From: Eledone cirrhosa
Taxonomy: Eukaryota
Length of the DNA stretch: 64,000 nucleotides
Assembly (NCBI GenBank): GCA_964016885.1
Contig: OZ024743.1
Coordinates: 148,056,001-148,120,000 of the forward strand
Direction: 5' to 3'
Part shown: positions 13,589-26,831 of the stretch, piece after piece
How positions within the stretch are numbered: the stretch's first letter is position 1
How the letters are laid out: every line of letters starts with the position of its first letter
Translations under genes and position numbers: made by a program
The notes under the pieces: model-generated
What the model saw: only the letters and a program-made list of their open reading frames with translations
What the model was told of the DNA's origin: nothing
Databases searched by the model: none

Positions 13589-13589
<1 letters not shown>
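12812..13589. mobile_element. Retrozyme-like family B, fold-back insertion in (TA)n
   Basis: Inverted ~300-bp arms, with a 322-nt direct periodicity (GCGTTAGC at 13156 and 13478). HHR motifs lie at 12923-12962 (-) and 13400-13443 (+). Confidence 0.8.
13400..13443 (+). ncRNA. Minimal type-I hammerhead motif (family B)
   Basis: ACCGTC-TTGAAGA-AGGC cagtcaa GCCT-GAAA-TGCA-TA-aACGGT, with palindromic stem III ATGCAT. The paralog at ~30355 has a canonical CTGATGA. Confidence 0.7.
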
Positions 13590-13670
<81 letters not shown>

Positions 13671-13673
<3 letters not shown>

Positions 13674-14885
13674 GCAGCCGAGATGCTGACTTTGAGTCCC
13701 AGGCCCTTTCCCTAGTCAGCCATTTCATCCGGAGAGGTTCCCCCCACCCCTCGCCCTCACTCGCGCCCATGCTGTCCACCGCACACCCACCCACCGTCTC
13801 CCCTTCCCCATCACCTAACACCCCTCCACCCTACCCGTGCACCGCACCATCCTCCGCCTCTTCCGACGCCTCCAGTCCGACCCCTCCACCTCCCCCATCT
13901 TCCCATCCCCACCCCTCCCATCCTTCAAACGCACGCGCAACCTCCGCACCCTCCTCGTCCGCAGCTCCCTACCCCCCAACCCACGCTCTTCATCCCCCCC
14001 CCCCGGTTCCCTTCTCTGCTCCAGGCCTCGCTGCCACACCTGCCACCACATCACCAACACAACCACCTTCCAGGGTCCCAACAGCGACTCTCTCTCTCTC
14101 TCTGTCTGGCACGCCTTCCGCTGCACCTCCTGCAACCTACGTTCGACAGACTGGACGTCGCCCGGCGGACCATTTCACTGAACACCTCCGGGATATTCGC
14201 CCGCCACTTTGGCTCCCCTGGAGATTCCACCCACCACCTCACAGTTTGTGGCCTACTCCAATGCCATGGAACACCCGCCACCCTCCTCACGGTCGAACAA
14301 CACACCATCATCACGCTACAGACCCACACAACCTCCGGCCTGAACTCCCCACCCCTATTCCTTTAGCCTTCGACCGAAAAATACACACATCCCCCACTAA
14401 CACCACTAACACACTCCTCCATTTCACCACCCCGCCCCCTTGGCCCACCCCACAACTAATAATACTAACACCTCGTTCTTCACCCAACACTCACATTCAC
14501 ATACACACGCACACACACACACGTACACCTACACACATACACAAACACCACCTTCAGCCTTCTCCGCTCGGACCCCCGCCTCCCTTTCCCAACTCCACCC
14601 ACCACCACCCCTACACGTCTCACACTCTTCCACCACTTGTTTATTTTTGTTTATTTGTACTTCTAAAATCGTTTTTCCTCCCCTTTTTCTCCCCACCCTT
14701 TTTTCTAAATATCTTTCCACCACTCCCTAATACACCCTCGGAAATCTCTTCCTACCCACTTTTCTCCTGATGAAGGTCATATGCCCGAAACGTCGGCCCA
14801 CCCACCCCACCACACCCTCAAAAGCGTGAACCTAATAAACTCACATTTTTACTGCCTCTCTGTTTTGTCCCCGGCTAAGATTTAA

Positions 14886-14886
<1 letters not shown>
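13671..14886 (+). mobile_element. 5'-truncated Penelope-like element (Neptune-like Cys-rich linker + GIY-YIG + pLTR) in (TA)n
   Basis: ORF 13837-14181 reads FKRTRNLRTLLVRS..CSRPRCHTC..FRCTSCNL, then YVRQTGRRPADHFTEHLRDI in another frame. An HHR and AATAAA lie near the 3' end. It is flanked by (TA)n. Confidence 0.85.
14763..14796 (+). ncRNA. Minimal PLE-type hammerhead motif
   Basis: CTGATGA (14767-73) aGGtcatatgCCc GAAA CGTC gg. This is the classic PLE minimal HHR with palindromic ACGT stem III. Stem I is weak. Confidence 0.75.
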
Positions 14887-14936
<50 letters not shown>

Positions 14937-14939
<3 letters not shown>

Positions 14940-15160
14940 ATAATAATAAATTTGAAGACTAAAATCCAAAGAGGGCTCGATAAGGATAAATATATATCAA
15001 ATATATAAGAAGCGTAGAGCAAATATTTATTAAAATAACAGATTAAAGTTTAAGCAAAGAATCGCTGCTTTCAACCTTAACGGGATCTTCTGAGTTTTCA
15101 GAAGATCCCGTTACGGGTGAAAGCACCGATTCTTTGCTTAAACTTTAATCTGTTATTTTA

Positions 15161-15167
<7 letters not shown>
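14937..15167. mobile_element. Fold-back (TA)n insertion, family C (other pieces at 25860-25975, 26055-26108, 60817-61005, 62715-62754)
   Basis: Inverted arms centred near 15095. The left arm has ~85 nt extra. Both arms carry a CAGAAGA...GAAA hammerhead-like motif. Confidence 0.8.
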
Positions 15168-15225
<58 letters not shown>

Positions 15226-15299
15226 CACTATCCAAGGAAAACTTGAACCGTTAAGGTTTATTCTCCTTGGTTATGTCAAAATTTATAAAGCACTCTTCG

Positions 15300-15360
15300 T
15301 ATTTTATCTGATGAGGGCGTACCAAAATGTTGGTACTCTTGAAATATATATAATAGAATA
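15300..15360 (+). ncRNA. Type-I hammerhead motif inside the (TA)n-flanked island 15223-15404
   Basis: TATTTTAT-CTGATGA(15308-14)-GGGcGTACCAA aatg TTGGTACTCTT-GAAA-TATA-TA..ATAGAATA, followed by AATAAA. Confidence 0.75.
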
Positions 15361-15399
15361 AATATGGTTTTATAAATTTATTTTCCATTTATTTAATAT

Positions 15400-15452
<53 letters not shown>

Positions 15453-16025
15453 GGTATAAGTATCATAGGAGAGGAGGAAATAGAGAGATACAGAGAAGTG
15501 CGAAACATTATGTAAGATTTAAATAAAGAACTTGTTTTGACGGATTGTAATTCCTTCATTCATTCATTTGCCTATATATATATTCCCCTTGTGATTTCCA
15601 CACGTGGTTCATCTTACCACCGTGTCATTCACTTATTTGGTACAGAGCGAAATACCTGTTGATAACGTGATATTCATTGTTCGATCGTTATACAGAAAGC
15701 TTATATTTTTAAGCAGACTGTATTTTGATTTAGGTGTCACAGAAATTCTACATAGGATTTTAACAGCAATTCCGGGAGTCCAGGTCTGGTTATCACTTAT
15801 TTTTTATCATTTATTTTGTTTTGACCTGTTTAGCTTGATCTGGTTTTGGGCTTGGGTGGTTAATGCTTTCTTGACCACCTTTTCAGTGTTGTTATGGCTT
15901 CTTAACACATTGTTTAGCTCTAGTTTTTAACTATTGAACACTTTGCCAGTATTATTTCTGATTTTTGCGTTTCGCTTCGCTTTTCCAGCCCGCCGAAAAT
16001 GCTATTCTCGCTGAATCTTTATTTG

Positions 16026-16069
<44 letters not shown>

Positions 16070-16071
<2 letters not shown>

Positions 16072-16410
16072 CATTTGAGGGTTTTTTTTATTTTGGTTTC
16101 AAAAAAAGAAAAAAAAAAAGAAAAGAACGTGATATCCTACACGGGTGAAAGTATAAGGAAAAGAAATTGTAATTACAACTCGTTCGTATGATTTTCAAAA
16201 GTAAAATTGAGATGGAGGGTTTGTGTTTCTGGTTTGAGACACACCACAACAGAAATACAAACCCTCCAACTTAATTTTACTTTTGAAAATCATACGAACT
16301 GTGAAACCGGTCTAAAGTAAATAAATATTCTTAAAAGACTCCAGTTGTAATTACAATTTCTTTTCCTTATACTTATTCGTGTGGGACATTTTAAAAGCCC
16401 TCACTCTCTT
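16070..16410. mobile_element. Fold-back (TA)n insertion, family D (inverted second copy at 16861-17030)
   Basis: Internal inverted repeat at 16180-16300. HHR-like TTGAAAA-tCA tacgaac TGt-GAAA-CCGG-TC lies at 16283-16312. Confidence 0.7.
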
Positions 16411-16423
16411 ATATATATATATG

Positions 16424-16490
<67 letters not shown>

Positions 16491-16493
<3 letters not shown>

Positions 16494-16732
16494 TAAAAGA
16501 ATAGAGGTGTAACACACAAGTTATTATATATTGGTAAACGGAATAGAAAATGCTGACAAATTGTTCACAGTTGAAAAATGGTTTAATTAGGAATAAAAGA
16601 GTATTAGTGATTGTATGGGTTAGTATTCAGTTGTGGTTTTAAGTTTTTAAGTTTTTACCGGTTGCGCATTTCTATCCTAATTAAACCATTTTTCAACTGT
16701 GAACAATTTGTCAGCATTTTCTATTCCGTTTA

Positions 16733-16737
<5 letters not shown>
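16491..16737. mobile_element. Fold-back (TA)n insertion, family E (longer near-identical copy at 61537-62045)
   Basis: 16525-16590 is inverted at 16675-16740. The left arm has a ~35-nt extra tail. The first ~180 nt match 61537-61718. Confidence 0.8.
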
Positions 16738-16785
<48 letters not shown>

Positions 16786-16787
16786 GT

Positions 16788-16843
<56 letters not shown>

Positions 16844-17114
16844 GTACATATATATATATAAGAGAGTGAGGTCTTTTAAAATGTCCCACATGGATAAGTA
16901 TAAGGAAAAGAAATTTTAATTACAACTGGAGTCTTTTAAGAATATTTATTTAATTTATACCGGTTTCACAGTTCGTATGATTTTCAAAAAGGGTTTGTGT
17001 TTCTGTTGTGGTGTGTCTCAAACCAGAAACATATATATATATGTATATACATACACACACACACAGTTGTACCCTTCCATGACCTATATACCAGCACTGA
17101 TTGTGTTGAAATAT

Positions 17115-17838
17115 AATTGTTTCTACTTTAGGCACAAGGCCAGCAAATACCCAGTGCATTACTGGTACTTTATTTTATCGACCCCGTAAGAATGAAAGGC
17201 AAAGTAAACCTCGGCGGGATTTGAACTCAGACCGTAAAGGGATGTAACTCTGCTGGAAAGCATTGCGTCCAACTCTCTACCGATACTGTAAATCCACCAA
17301 TAATAGAAATAAATAATGAAGACGACGGTGGTGAAGTCAATGATGATGGTGCTAAGTGTGATTGATCACGGACAATTATTATGATGACGATGATAATATG
17401 TAACAAACAATGTTAGAATCAAAATGATATTTTAAAACAAATTTAATAGAGAAAGGTAAATACATAAAATAATTGTTCTACATTAGGCACAAGGCCAACA
17501 ATTACCCAGTGCATTACTGGTACTTTATTTTATCGACCCCGTAAGGATGAAAGGCAAAGTCAACCTCGGCGGGATTTGAACTCAGACCGTAAAGGGACGT
17601 AACTATACTGGAAAGCATGGCGTCCGACCCTCTACCGATACTGCCAATCCACCGTAAATACATAAAATAATGTTTCTACATTTGGCACAAGGCAGCAATT
17701 ACTCCAGTGCATTAATGGTGCTTTATGTTATCAACCCCCTAAGGATGAAAGTCAAAGTTACCCTCAACGGATTTGAACTCAGAACCTAAAGGAGCGTAAC
17801 TCCATGCTGAAATACGTGGTCTCCGATGCTCTACCGAT
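17115..17838 (-). mobile_element. Cluster of three tRNA-derived SINE copies (17115-17300, 17474-17653, 17672-17838)
   Basis: Each copy has the SINE core. The middle copy is flanked by the 18-bp TSD GTAAATACATAAAATAAT (17456-17473, 17654-17671). Confidence 0.85.
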
Positions 17839-18411
17839 AATAAAATAATGAAATGAAGAAATTACAGGAGTACCTTACAGCCCCCTAAAATCACAGAGTG
17901 AAAGAGAAAATTGAAAATGTCGTGCGTATATGTGTGTTTAAGGAAGAACAAGTATGTTCATCGGTGGGTAAGATGCACATAACATGTACATATGCCAGTA
18001 GGGTCTTATCTAATATTATAGGTACGTATATGTGTTTGTATTTTTGTTTTTTTGTGTATGTGTATATATCTTAGTATACATGCATGTGTATGAGTGTGCA
18101 TGTTTCGTTATGCCAGTTGGCGTTTTCTTATTACATGTATATGTACGTGTATGTCTATATATATGTATGTATTTGGAACAAATGTGTGCTTATTGAGGAA
18201 TGTTCTTTTATATGCATGTGTATATGATTGATGTATTATTTGCATGGTAGTTGTGCTTGTGAGAGAATATAAGATGAACATAAGAGTGTATATTCCTGTG
18301 AATGCATCTATTGTTTGAAGGTGTTTTGTAGAGGTATAAATAGTGTGTTTGTATTTAATTCGGCGGGTATATGTCTGTGCGTGTGCACGCGCGTGAGAAT
18401 AAAAGAGAGTG

Positions 18412-18448
<37 letters not shown>

Positions 18449-18449
18449 T

Positions 18450-18487
<38 letters not shown>

Positions 18488-18616
18488 TATGTATATATAT
18501 ATGCATATATATATATATGCATATATATATGCATATATATGCATATATATATATATGCATATATATAAGCATATATATATGCATATATATATATATATAT
18601 ATATGTACGTGTATGC

Positions 18617-18648
<32 letters not shown>

Positions 18649-18669
18649 GCATATATATATATATATATA

Positions 18670-18798
18670 GGGGAGGGTCATATTTGCGTAATATTGCCAG
18701 AATTAATAACACGCAAATATGACCCTCCCCAAATATAACAATATCTGTTTCGACACACGATTTCATATAAAAAACCTCGCAAAACTAATTCATCGCCG

Positions 18799-18800
<2 letters not shown>
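18670..18800. mobile_element. Short fold-back (TA)n insertion, family F (related pieces at 32671-32740 and 48181-48445)
   Basis: Inverted pair GGGGAGGGTCATATTTGCGT / ACGCAAATATGACCCTCCCC. The minus strand shows GAAACAGATATTGTT, a possible HHR 3' half. Confidence 0.65.
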
Positions 18801-18851
<51 letters not shown>

Positions 18852-19254
18852 TTTGAAGGTGTTTATACATGAATAAATAGTTTTATATGTCTGTACTTTA
18901 CTATGTCTACGTGTAAAACGTATGTATGTGTGTGTATGTATATGTAATATGCATCTACACGCATACACATGCATATATGTATGTGTCAATCATGCAATTA
19001 TATGTATCTGTCAGTAAGGGTGCGTCTGTGTGTATATGAGTGTCATTCCTTCACTTAAGCTTGTATGCTTACTTGTATTTAATTGATGCTAGTTCTGTAT
19101 GAATCTGTGAATGTACCCGCCGTTTGCGTGTTTGTGTATATCTGTGAATGTGTGATTGAGAATATGTTTATTGGAGGCGTCTTTATGTACGTGATTGTGG
19201 ATGTTTATATGTGTAGTTATATATATGTGAGCGTGTATGTTGGATGAAACTCCA

Positions 19255-19297
<43 letters not shown>

Positions 19298-19298
19298 T

Positions 19299-19401
<103 letters not shown>

Positions 19402-19427
19402 GAACCAGTAAGACCCCGACAGCTGAG

Positions 19428-19873
19428 CTCTCAGTATTTTTTCCTTTCCTATTTCTACCCCCCATTGTTCTACCTACCGTTCCGACTTCCTCCCCCTCCC
19501 CCTCCCCTGTATCTTCTTTGACCTCATGCCCAGCTGTAGCTGGCACTACCAACGCTTAATTGGGTCTACTCCACCCCCTCCCCTCTTTCTCCTACTGGCA
19601 GGTTTAGCCACCATCTCCCCTACTAATTTGCAACCACAGAATTACTACTGATTTTTGACAATCACTTTGACCATATATGGAATTACCCCTTGAGAAGATC
19701 GGCTATTTAAATACCAGGATAAATTTTCATTTAGTCCAGAATTAGCCGTCGAAACGGCTTGAGCTCAGCTGTCGGGGTCTTACTGGTTCCTATTACCCAC
19801 TCTACTACCTCAAGTATTGAGTACTTTGGTGCGTTATGGTCCACCTGGTTCCTTACCACATTTCCTTCGTTAT
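19428..19873 (+). repeat. 5' pseudo-LTR of the PLE
   Basis: 446 bp. I see only one substitution versus the 3' copy (GCTTAATTGG vs GCTTGATTGG). Confidence 0.92.
19685..19778 (+). ncRNA. Type-I hammerhead ribozyme in the pLTR, U3-A8 core
   Basis: ACCCC-TTGAGAA-GAtCGGCTA..37 nt..TAGCCGTC-GAAA-CGGCT tgagctc AGCTG-TC-GGGGT. Predicted cleavage is after GTC at 19773. Confidence 0.8.
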
Positions 19874-19963
19874 CTAGCTCCTACTCCCGTAGTAGAGCAC
19901 TTTCCGACCCTACCACGCCGTATCCAGACTTTTCCGCTAAGCTCAATTCATTTCACCCGCACC

Positions 19964-22083
19964 ATGCGAAAACACAACATTGACTTCTCTACCAAGAACA
20001 TCCCAATCCCACCGAAAAAACTCTACCTTCGGATGCTCACGCAAAAAATTGATCTATTTGCGAAAAGACTTAGATGGAGAACTTTTTTCTATGACAGATG
20101 TTGCGACAACCAGGACTTCGGCGCCAAGGAGAGATTCGGATTTATTACCTACAAATCTCCGCCCCTGAACCCCTTGCTCGCACCCTTCGAGAATGACCTC
20201 TTCCAGCTGGTCAGGAACATTAAATTTAAACCCAGACACAACCGATTCCTACAAAAACTCCGTAGCAACTTAACAGAGTATGATAACACAAATGACATCA
20301 TGGTGCATTCGGATAAAACTGGGAACCTATACTTTGTCAACCCTGACAGATACCACACACTGATCAGGAGCAGCCTAAACTCCACCTATAAAAAGGCCAA
20401 CCACTCTTGTATCGAGGACATAAATCGAGATGGACAACAAATCACCTCCAGCCACGGACACCATACTTCACACTGAAGGACCATAAATCCGATTTTGACC
20501 GTAAACCCTCCATCAGGCTTATTAACCCAACGAAGTCCGACATAGGGAGAATCAGCAAAAAAATCCTAGACCGCGTGATACCAAAAGTCAAGCAACACAC
20601 CCGACTTAGCCTATGGATCAACACCCAGGAAGTAATCTCCTGGTTCAGCAATATGGAGGATAAACGAGAAACTAAATTCATACAGTTCGACATAGAGAGC
20701 TACTATGCTTCAATCACCTTACCGCTACTTACTGCCGCCTTGGACTTCGCCGAAACACTCGTGCCCATCACCGACCAGGAAAGAAAAATCATCCTCCACG
20801 CCAGGAAGACAGTCTTACTCTTTGACGACTCTAAATGGATAAAAAGAGCTCCCGACTCACCCTTCGACGTCAGCATGGGCGCCACGGATTCGGCGGAGGT
20901 CACTGATCTTATAGGATTATTCCTAATAGCCAAACTCACTGATATGTTTCCTGCATTCGGTGGTGGATTGTACCGTGATGATGGGCTCCTTACCCTTAAA
21001 GGGTACAACCCCAGTAGTACAGATCGGGTCCGGAAACAATTAATCAGATTCTTCCGCGACTGGGGATTTAAAATAACCCTACAAACGTCCCTGACCCGAG
21101 TAAACTTCCTGGACGTAACCCTCGACCTCGAAAACGACCTGTACTATCCATACAGGAAACCTAATGACAATCTGCACTACATCCACCGCCGATCAAACCA
21201 TCCTAGGAACATCACAAACAACCTGGTCAAAAACATCTCCCTCCGCATATCCCGTTTGTCAGCTAATGAGCGGATATTCGATGAACATGCGCCTTATTAC
21301 AACCAGGCCCTCAAGCGGAGTGGTTTCCGGGAGGAAATATCCTACTGTCCAGCCCCCATTAGCGGAACCAGCAGGAGACACCGCCGCTCACGCAATGTAA
21401 CATGGTTCAATCCTCCCCACAACGCAGAGGTGACTACTCCCATCGGGAAACTATTCTTTAGGCTCATTGAAAAACACTTCCCATTACAACACCGCTACCA
21501 CAACATAATTAACAAAAATACCATCAAACTCTCTTACAGCACTACACCAAACTTCGCACAAAACATCGTCTCCTCTAACAACAAAAAACTCAACCCCGAT
21601 GGCAGAAATAACCTAATTAGCAGTGGAGAACCGACCAGGAGGTGTAACTGCCCGGATAGATCTATTTGCCCACTCGACAATAGATGCAGAGACCGTAATG
21701 TGATCTACCAGTGCAACGTGAGGACGGATACCTCCAACAAAGCCTATATAGGACTTACCGCATGTGACTTCAAGACCCGGCTATACCAACATAGACATAC
21801 CTTCCGAAACCCGGCCCGGCGTCACGCCACTACACTTTCGGCCCACATATGGGACCTCAAGGACAACAACATCACCTATGATCTCACTTGGAGATTACTG
21901 TCCAGAGCCAATTCTTACACGGGAGGACGCCGTCCGTGCAATTTATGCTCGGAGGAAACTTTACAAATGCTGTTTTCGACGGACCAACTCCTAAACAAGA
22001 AAGATGAACTGGTTACTGCATGTAAACATAGATTGCGTAGGACTTACCTCGCCCTCAAACCCCATAATGACCCGGGGGGGTAG
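19964..22083 (+). pseudogene. PLE reverse transcriptase + C-terminal GIY-YIG endonuclease, frameshifted near 20445
   Basis: ACCATG at 19964 gives MRKHNIDFSTKNIPIP... The second frame has FDIESYY, MGATDSAEVTDLIG, GLYRDDGL, VNFLDVTLDL, CNC..CPL..C and NVIYQC..AYIGLT..FKTRLYQH, with the stop at 22083. Confidence 0.92.
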
Positions 22084-22935
22084 ACTAGGGCTATAACACC
22101 CCAGTTGCCGATTTTGCAATGGGTAACCCCTGCTTGCCAAGGAAGACGTAAGATCTTCTTTGTATTCTTTTATCGCTTCCTTTATTTCCTTCCCCCCTCT
22201 CTCCTTTGTCCTTCTACCCCAGCTCTTCTCCTTTGTCGGCGTCTTTTCTCGCCCACCCGAGGCTGCCCTTTGGCCCCATGTAGCCTTAGTACCCCCCCCC
22301 CCCCCTCCCCTAGTCTTTGATAGATTTGGCGGACTCCGCCCTTTATAGCAGTTGGCTTAGACCCCGGATACTTTCCCCCTTTTTCCGACCGCTCCCACTA
22401 TTCTCTGTGCCCTCTATATTTCTTAGTGGCACTTATGCCTTATTTTTTCGTTTCAGTATTTCTTGCTTCGCTTTTCTTCTGGGCGGGGTGGATTCTGAAT
22501 TTATTTCTCCGTATTCTACCTTTATTTCGTACGAACTTTCATGTAGATTGTTTTAGATCTTTTAGAGTTAGCATTAGTATATATTTTTCTCGGGACTCAG
22601 AATTATTATCTCGTACAAGTTCACTTTGCTGCACTAGGTCGTTGCTGGCCCGGGATGGAAACCTTTATTGTTTATTTCGTGGTAGTCTCTTTAGTATTTT
22701 GGCCCCTTTTGTTGACCCGTCACCGTATCATTTACGTACTTATACCTCTTAAAAGGGTCCTTGCCTTATCCGTCCCACCCAGTTCTCTTACTTATTTCCT
22801 TATTTATTTATTTATTTATTTATTTACTTCTTCCTTTCTTTCTTTATTTTATTCTTGCCTAACAATAGCCTGACACCTAGGTCGTAGAATTTAATTTACT
22901 TTACTTTTTTATTTACACTTATTTGCTTTTCTTCA

Positions 22936-23381
22936 CTCTCAGTATTTTTTCCTTTCCTATTTCTACCCCCCATTGTTCTACCTACCGTTCCGACTTCCTC
23001 CCCCTCCCCCTCCCCTGTATCTTCTTTGACCTCATGCCCAGCTGTAGCTGGCACTACCAACGCTTGATTGGGTCTACTCCACCCCCTCCCCTCTTTCTCC
23101 TACTGGCAGGTTTAGCCACCATCTCCCCTACTAATTTGCAACCACAGAATTACTACTGATTTTTGACAATCACTTTGACCATATATGGAATTACCCCTTG
23201 AGAAGATCGGCTATTTAAATACCAGGATAAATTTTCATTTAGTCCAGAATTAGCCGTCGAAACGGCTTGAGCTCAGCTGTCGGGGTCTTACTGGTTCCTA
23301 TTACCCACTCTACTACCTCAAGTATTGAGTACTTTGGTGCGTTATGGTCCACCTGGTTCCTTACCACATTTCCTTCGTTAT
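22936..23381 (+). repeat. 3' pseudo-LTR of the PLE
   Basis: Direct repeat of 19428-19873, running into (TA)n. Confidence 0.92.
23193..23286 (+). ncRNA. Type-I hammerhead ribozyme in the 3' pLTR, U3-A8 core
   Basis: Identical to 19685-19778: core TTGAGAA at 23198-23204, GAAA at 23259-62, GTC at 23279-81. Confidence 0.8.
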
Positions 23382-23414
23382 ATATATAAATATATATATA
23401 TGTGAATGTGAATA

Positions 23415-23445
<31 letters not shown>

Positions 23446-23469
23446 GTGTATGTGGATGAAACTCCAAAC

Positions 23470-23579
<110 letters not shown>

Positions 23580-23595
23580 GTGTGTGTGTATATAT

Positions 23596-23783
<188 letters not shown>

Positions 23784-24001
23784 CACACATATATATATAC
23801 ACATATATATTCACATTCACGCACACGTAGGTGTGGAGGATTATATGTATGTGTGGGGGGAGGCAGGAAAATAGAATGAGGAATTCTCAAAGGAAGGAAG
23901 GAAAGAAAAAATAACGAAAGACGGAAATCAAAACGAAGCTGTAATGCGACACATGTATGTATGTGTTTATGTATATATGTATGTGTGTATGTATATATGC
24001 A

Positions 24002-24073
<72 letters not shown>

Positions 24074-24074
24074 T

Positions 24075-24146
<72 letters not shown>

Positions 24147-24207
24147 ATGTGTATGTATGTATTTATATATATATATATAAATATATGTATATATATATAT
24201 ATATGTA

Positions 24208-24307
<100 letters not shown>

Positions 24308-24364
24308 AGTATTGATGGTCATGATACTACTACTACTGCTGTTGTTGTTTTTATTTTATTTTTT

Positions 24365-24405
<41 letters not shown>

Positions 24406-24844
24406 ATGGCAGTGTTGGTTACGTCGTCAAAGACTGATGAAATAAGAGGGAAATGCCTTGTCTGATGCGATGACATGGAATAAAAAAAAATTCGAAATCC
24501 GAAACAAAACGACAATAACAATGACAACGACCAACTATAACGAAGGCAGCGGCAACATAAACGTCTGAGAATTCAACCCCTTCAGTTCCATCATGAAGTC
24601 AAATAATATCTAAGAAAGTGAAAATTAACCCCACAGCTACCGTCACTACTACTACAACTGCTGCTGCGACTACTACTACTATTTCTACTACTACCACTGG
24701 TATCACGACCACTCGACAGCACCACCGCCACCAACATCACTTTCTGAAGAGAAGAATTATATGAAGTTTGATGTCAGTTCGAGTAGGAGAATAGTGATTT
24801 TAGTATATTCTGGTTTCAAACATATATACATATATATATATATG

Positions 24845-25225
24845 GTGGCTGCCAACTCGTTTTCGAGTACGGCCACTACTTTATATCCATGTAGGAGAAC
24901 TCCTACCGATGCGCTGAACGAATGTGACTTTAGTCCAGCCAGCGACTTGAAAACTCTGGTACAAACACTACACCTGTGACAATTATTGACACATAGTGCT
25001 GGGCTCATGGTACCATGTGACGACAAGTGCAGAGAGATCTCCAGATATAAAGCAATGCCTGTGCCGTGAAGCATTTATAGTGAGCAAAGGCACTGCACAA
25101 AGCCAATCCCACTCTCTTAACCAAGATGATATTTACCAAAAAGAAGAACAAGTCAACATCATTGGATACCATCAGGGTTGCAGGTGTTATATCAGAGTTT
25201 TCCTTCTCCTAGAATTCTGCCTTGA
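24845..25225 (-). mobile_element. RTE-like LINE 3' remnant
   Basis: The minus-strand CSVCTRVFKSLAGLKSH resembles the terminal C2H2-like finger of RTE-clade ORFs. It is flanked by TA tracts. Confidence 0.5.
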
Positions 25226-25465
25226 CAATATATATATATATATAGGGAGGCATATACACACATACATGTATACACAACACACACACATAGACACACGCTC
25301 ATACCTATATATTTACATTGATACGAATACATACAATCATATCTATTTATTCTTTTCTATTTTTTTTCACAAATTTAATCGATTATCTTTGGTCGAAAAA
25401 CTAAAGCACGTACGGAACATAAACACAGGTACAAACGTAAACATCGCCACGGGCATATACACACA

Positions 25466-25529
<64 letters not shown>

Positions 25530-25536
<7 letters not shown>

Positions 25537-26136
25537 AAACAGAGAATGTCTGTGTGTCTGTTTCCCTAAAACTCGAGAAGTACCCAACCGGTTTTTTTCA
25601 AACTTTATACATATAACTCTTATGACCCCGGAAGTGTTTTGAGCAAAAAAAAATTAAAATTTTCAATGCCCTAGGGACCGCATTAGGCGATTTAGCGATC
25701 TCTTTCTCTTTCTCTTAGTCTTTCTCTTTTTAGATTGATACATAGATATGACGTCGCGCCTTCATAATATCTGTCTGTATGTCTGTCTGTCTGCATTACG
25801 TCATTATGACGTGATCAGTGTGTGTGTGTATATATATTCTTATGCCAGGGAACACCATCACGAACCAAAGTATCGTCTTCCTGTTTTCCAGATTGATTTT
25901 TTTACTTTCAGAAGATCCCGTTAAGGTTGAAAGCAGTGATTCTTTGCTTAAACTTTAGTCTGTTATTTTAATATATATATATATATAATTATATATTTAT
26001 GGACAGATATTTTTGCATACACAATAACAAAATATAAACAAACGTATTTATTTCACGAGGTTCGATAAGGATAAATATATATCAAATATATAAGAACCCT
26101 ATAGCAAATCCCGAGCAACGCCGGGCCATTCTGCTA

Positions 26137-26138
<2 letters not shown>
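25530..26138 (+). mobile_element. Non-autonomous Helitron-like element
   Basis: The 3' hairpin CCCGAGCAACGCCGGG (26110-26125) is followed by CTAG-T (26134-38). The 5' part is TATATAAAA..TGTCTGTGTGTCTGT. It contains nested family-C pieces. Confidence 0.65.
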
Positions 26139-26210
<72 letters not shown>

Positions 26211-26355
26211 ATTGTGTGTAAATGCCCGTGGCGATGTTTACGTTTGTACCTGTGTTTATGTTCCGTACGTGCTTTAGTTTTTCGACCAGAGATAATCTAT
26301 AAAATTATATATATATATATATATATGTATATACATACATATATATGTATATATA

Positions 26356-26565
26356 GTGGTGGAACACTGGAAGGTAATATTCGTAGTGGTAGAGCACTCA
26401 GTCCAAGGGACGAGTTAGGTAGAAGTGGTTACACAACAGTTAGTTCACCATACCGAGAACAATTGTTTCACCTTCGCGGATCTTCAGCTGAAGATCCCGA
26501 GCTGAAGATCCGCGAAGGTGAAACAATTCTTCTCGGTATGGTGAACTAACTGATGTGTAACCACT

Positions 26566-26568
<3 letters not shown>
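26356..26568. mobile_element. Fold-back (TA)n insertion, family G, with HHR
   Basis: CCGAG-CTGAAGA-tCC gcgaa GGt-GAAA-CAATT(G/C)-TT-CTCGG at 26497-26536 (+) and 26453-26488 (-). The left arm has ~65 nt extra. Confidence 0.8.
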
Positions 26569-26629
<61 letters not shown>

Positions 26630-26631
<2 letters not shown>

Positions 26632-26817
26632 TTATTCCGGGTTGAATCGGAGGTAACCACAGTAAATAAGGTACTCAATACATAGCACAGAGTATCAAAG
26701 TTTTAATATAGAAGAGCTTCTACAGGACTAGAACTGTTTCATTCGTTAAGAATCACCAAGAAGTTCCTGATGATTTCTCACGAATGAAACAGTTCTAGTC
26801 CTGTAGAAGCCCTTCTA
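26630..26817. mobile_element. Fold-back (TA)n insertion, family H, with HHR
   Basis: TTC-CTGATGA-tTTC tcac GAAt-GAAA-CAG ttctagtc CTG-TA-GAA at 26764-26808 (+), with a mutated copy at 26717-26763 (-). The left arm has ~75 nt extra. Confidence 0.8.
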
Positions 26818-26831
26818 TATATATATATATA

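Noticed and set aside
12137-13589. MITE or pre-miRNA interpretation of the long palindromes
   Set aside because: The arms are asymmetric with variable inner breakpoints, contain internal direct periodicity and carry HHRs. This fits inverted retro-insertions better, although hairpin RNA production is not excluded.
13571-14770. 399-aa Pro-rich ORF
   Set aside because: It is an off-frame read through (TA)n and a C-rich PLE fragment. The real homology lies mostly in other frames.
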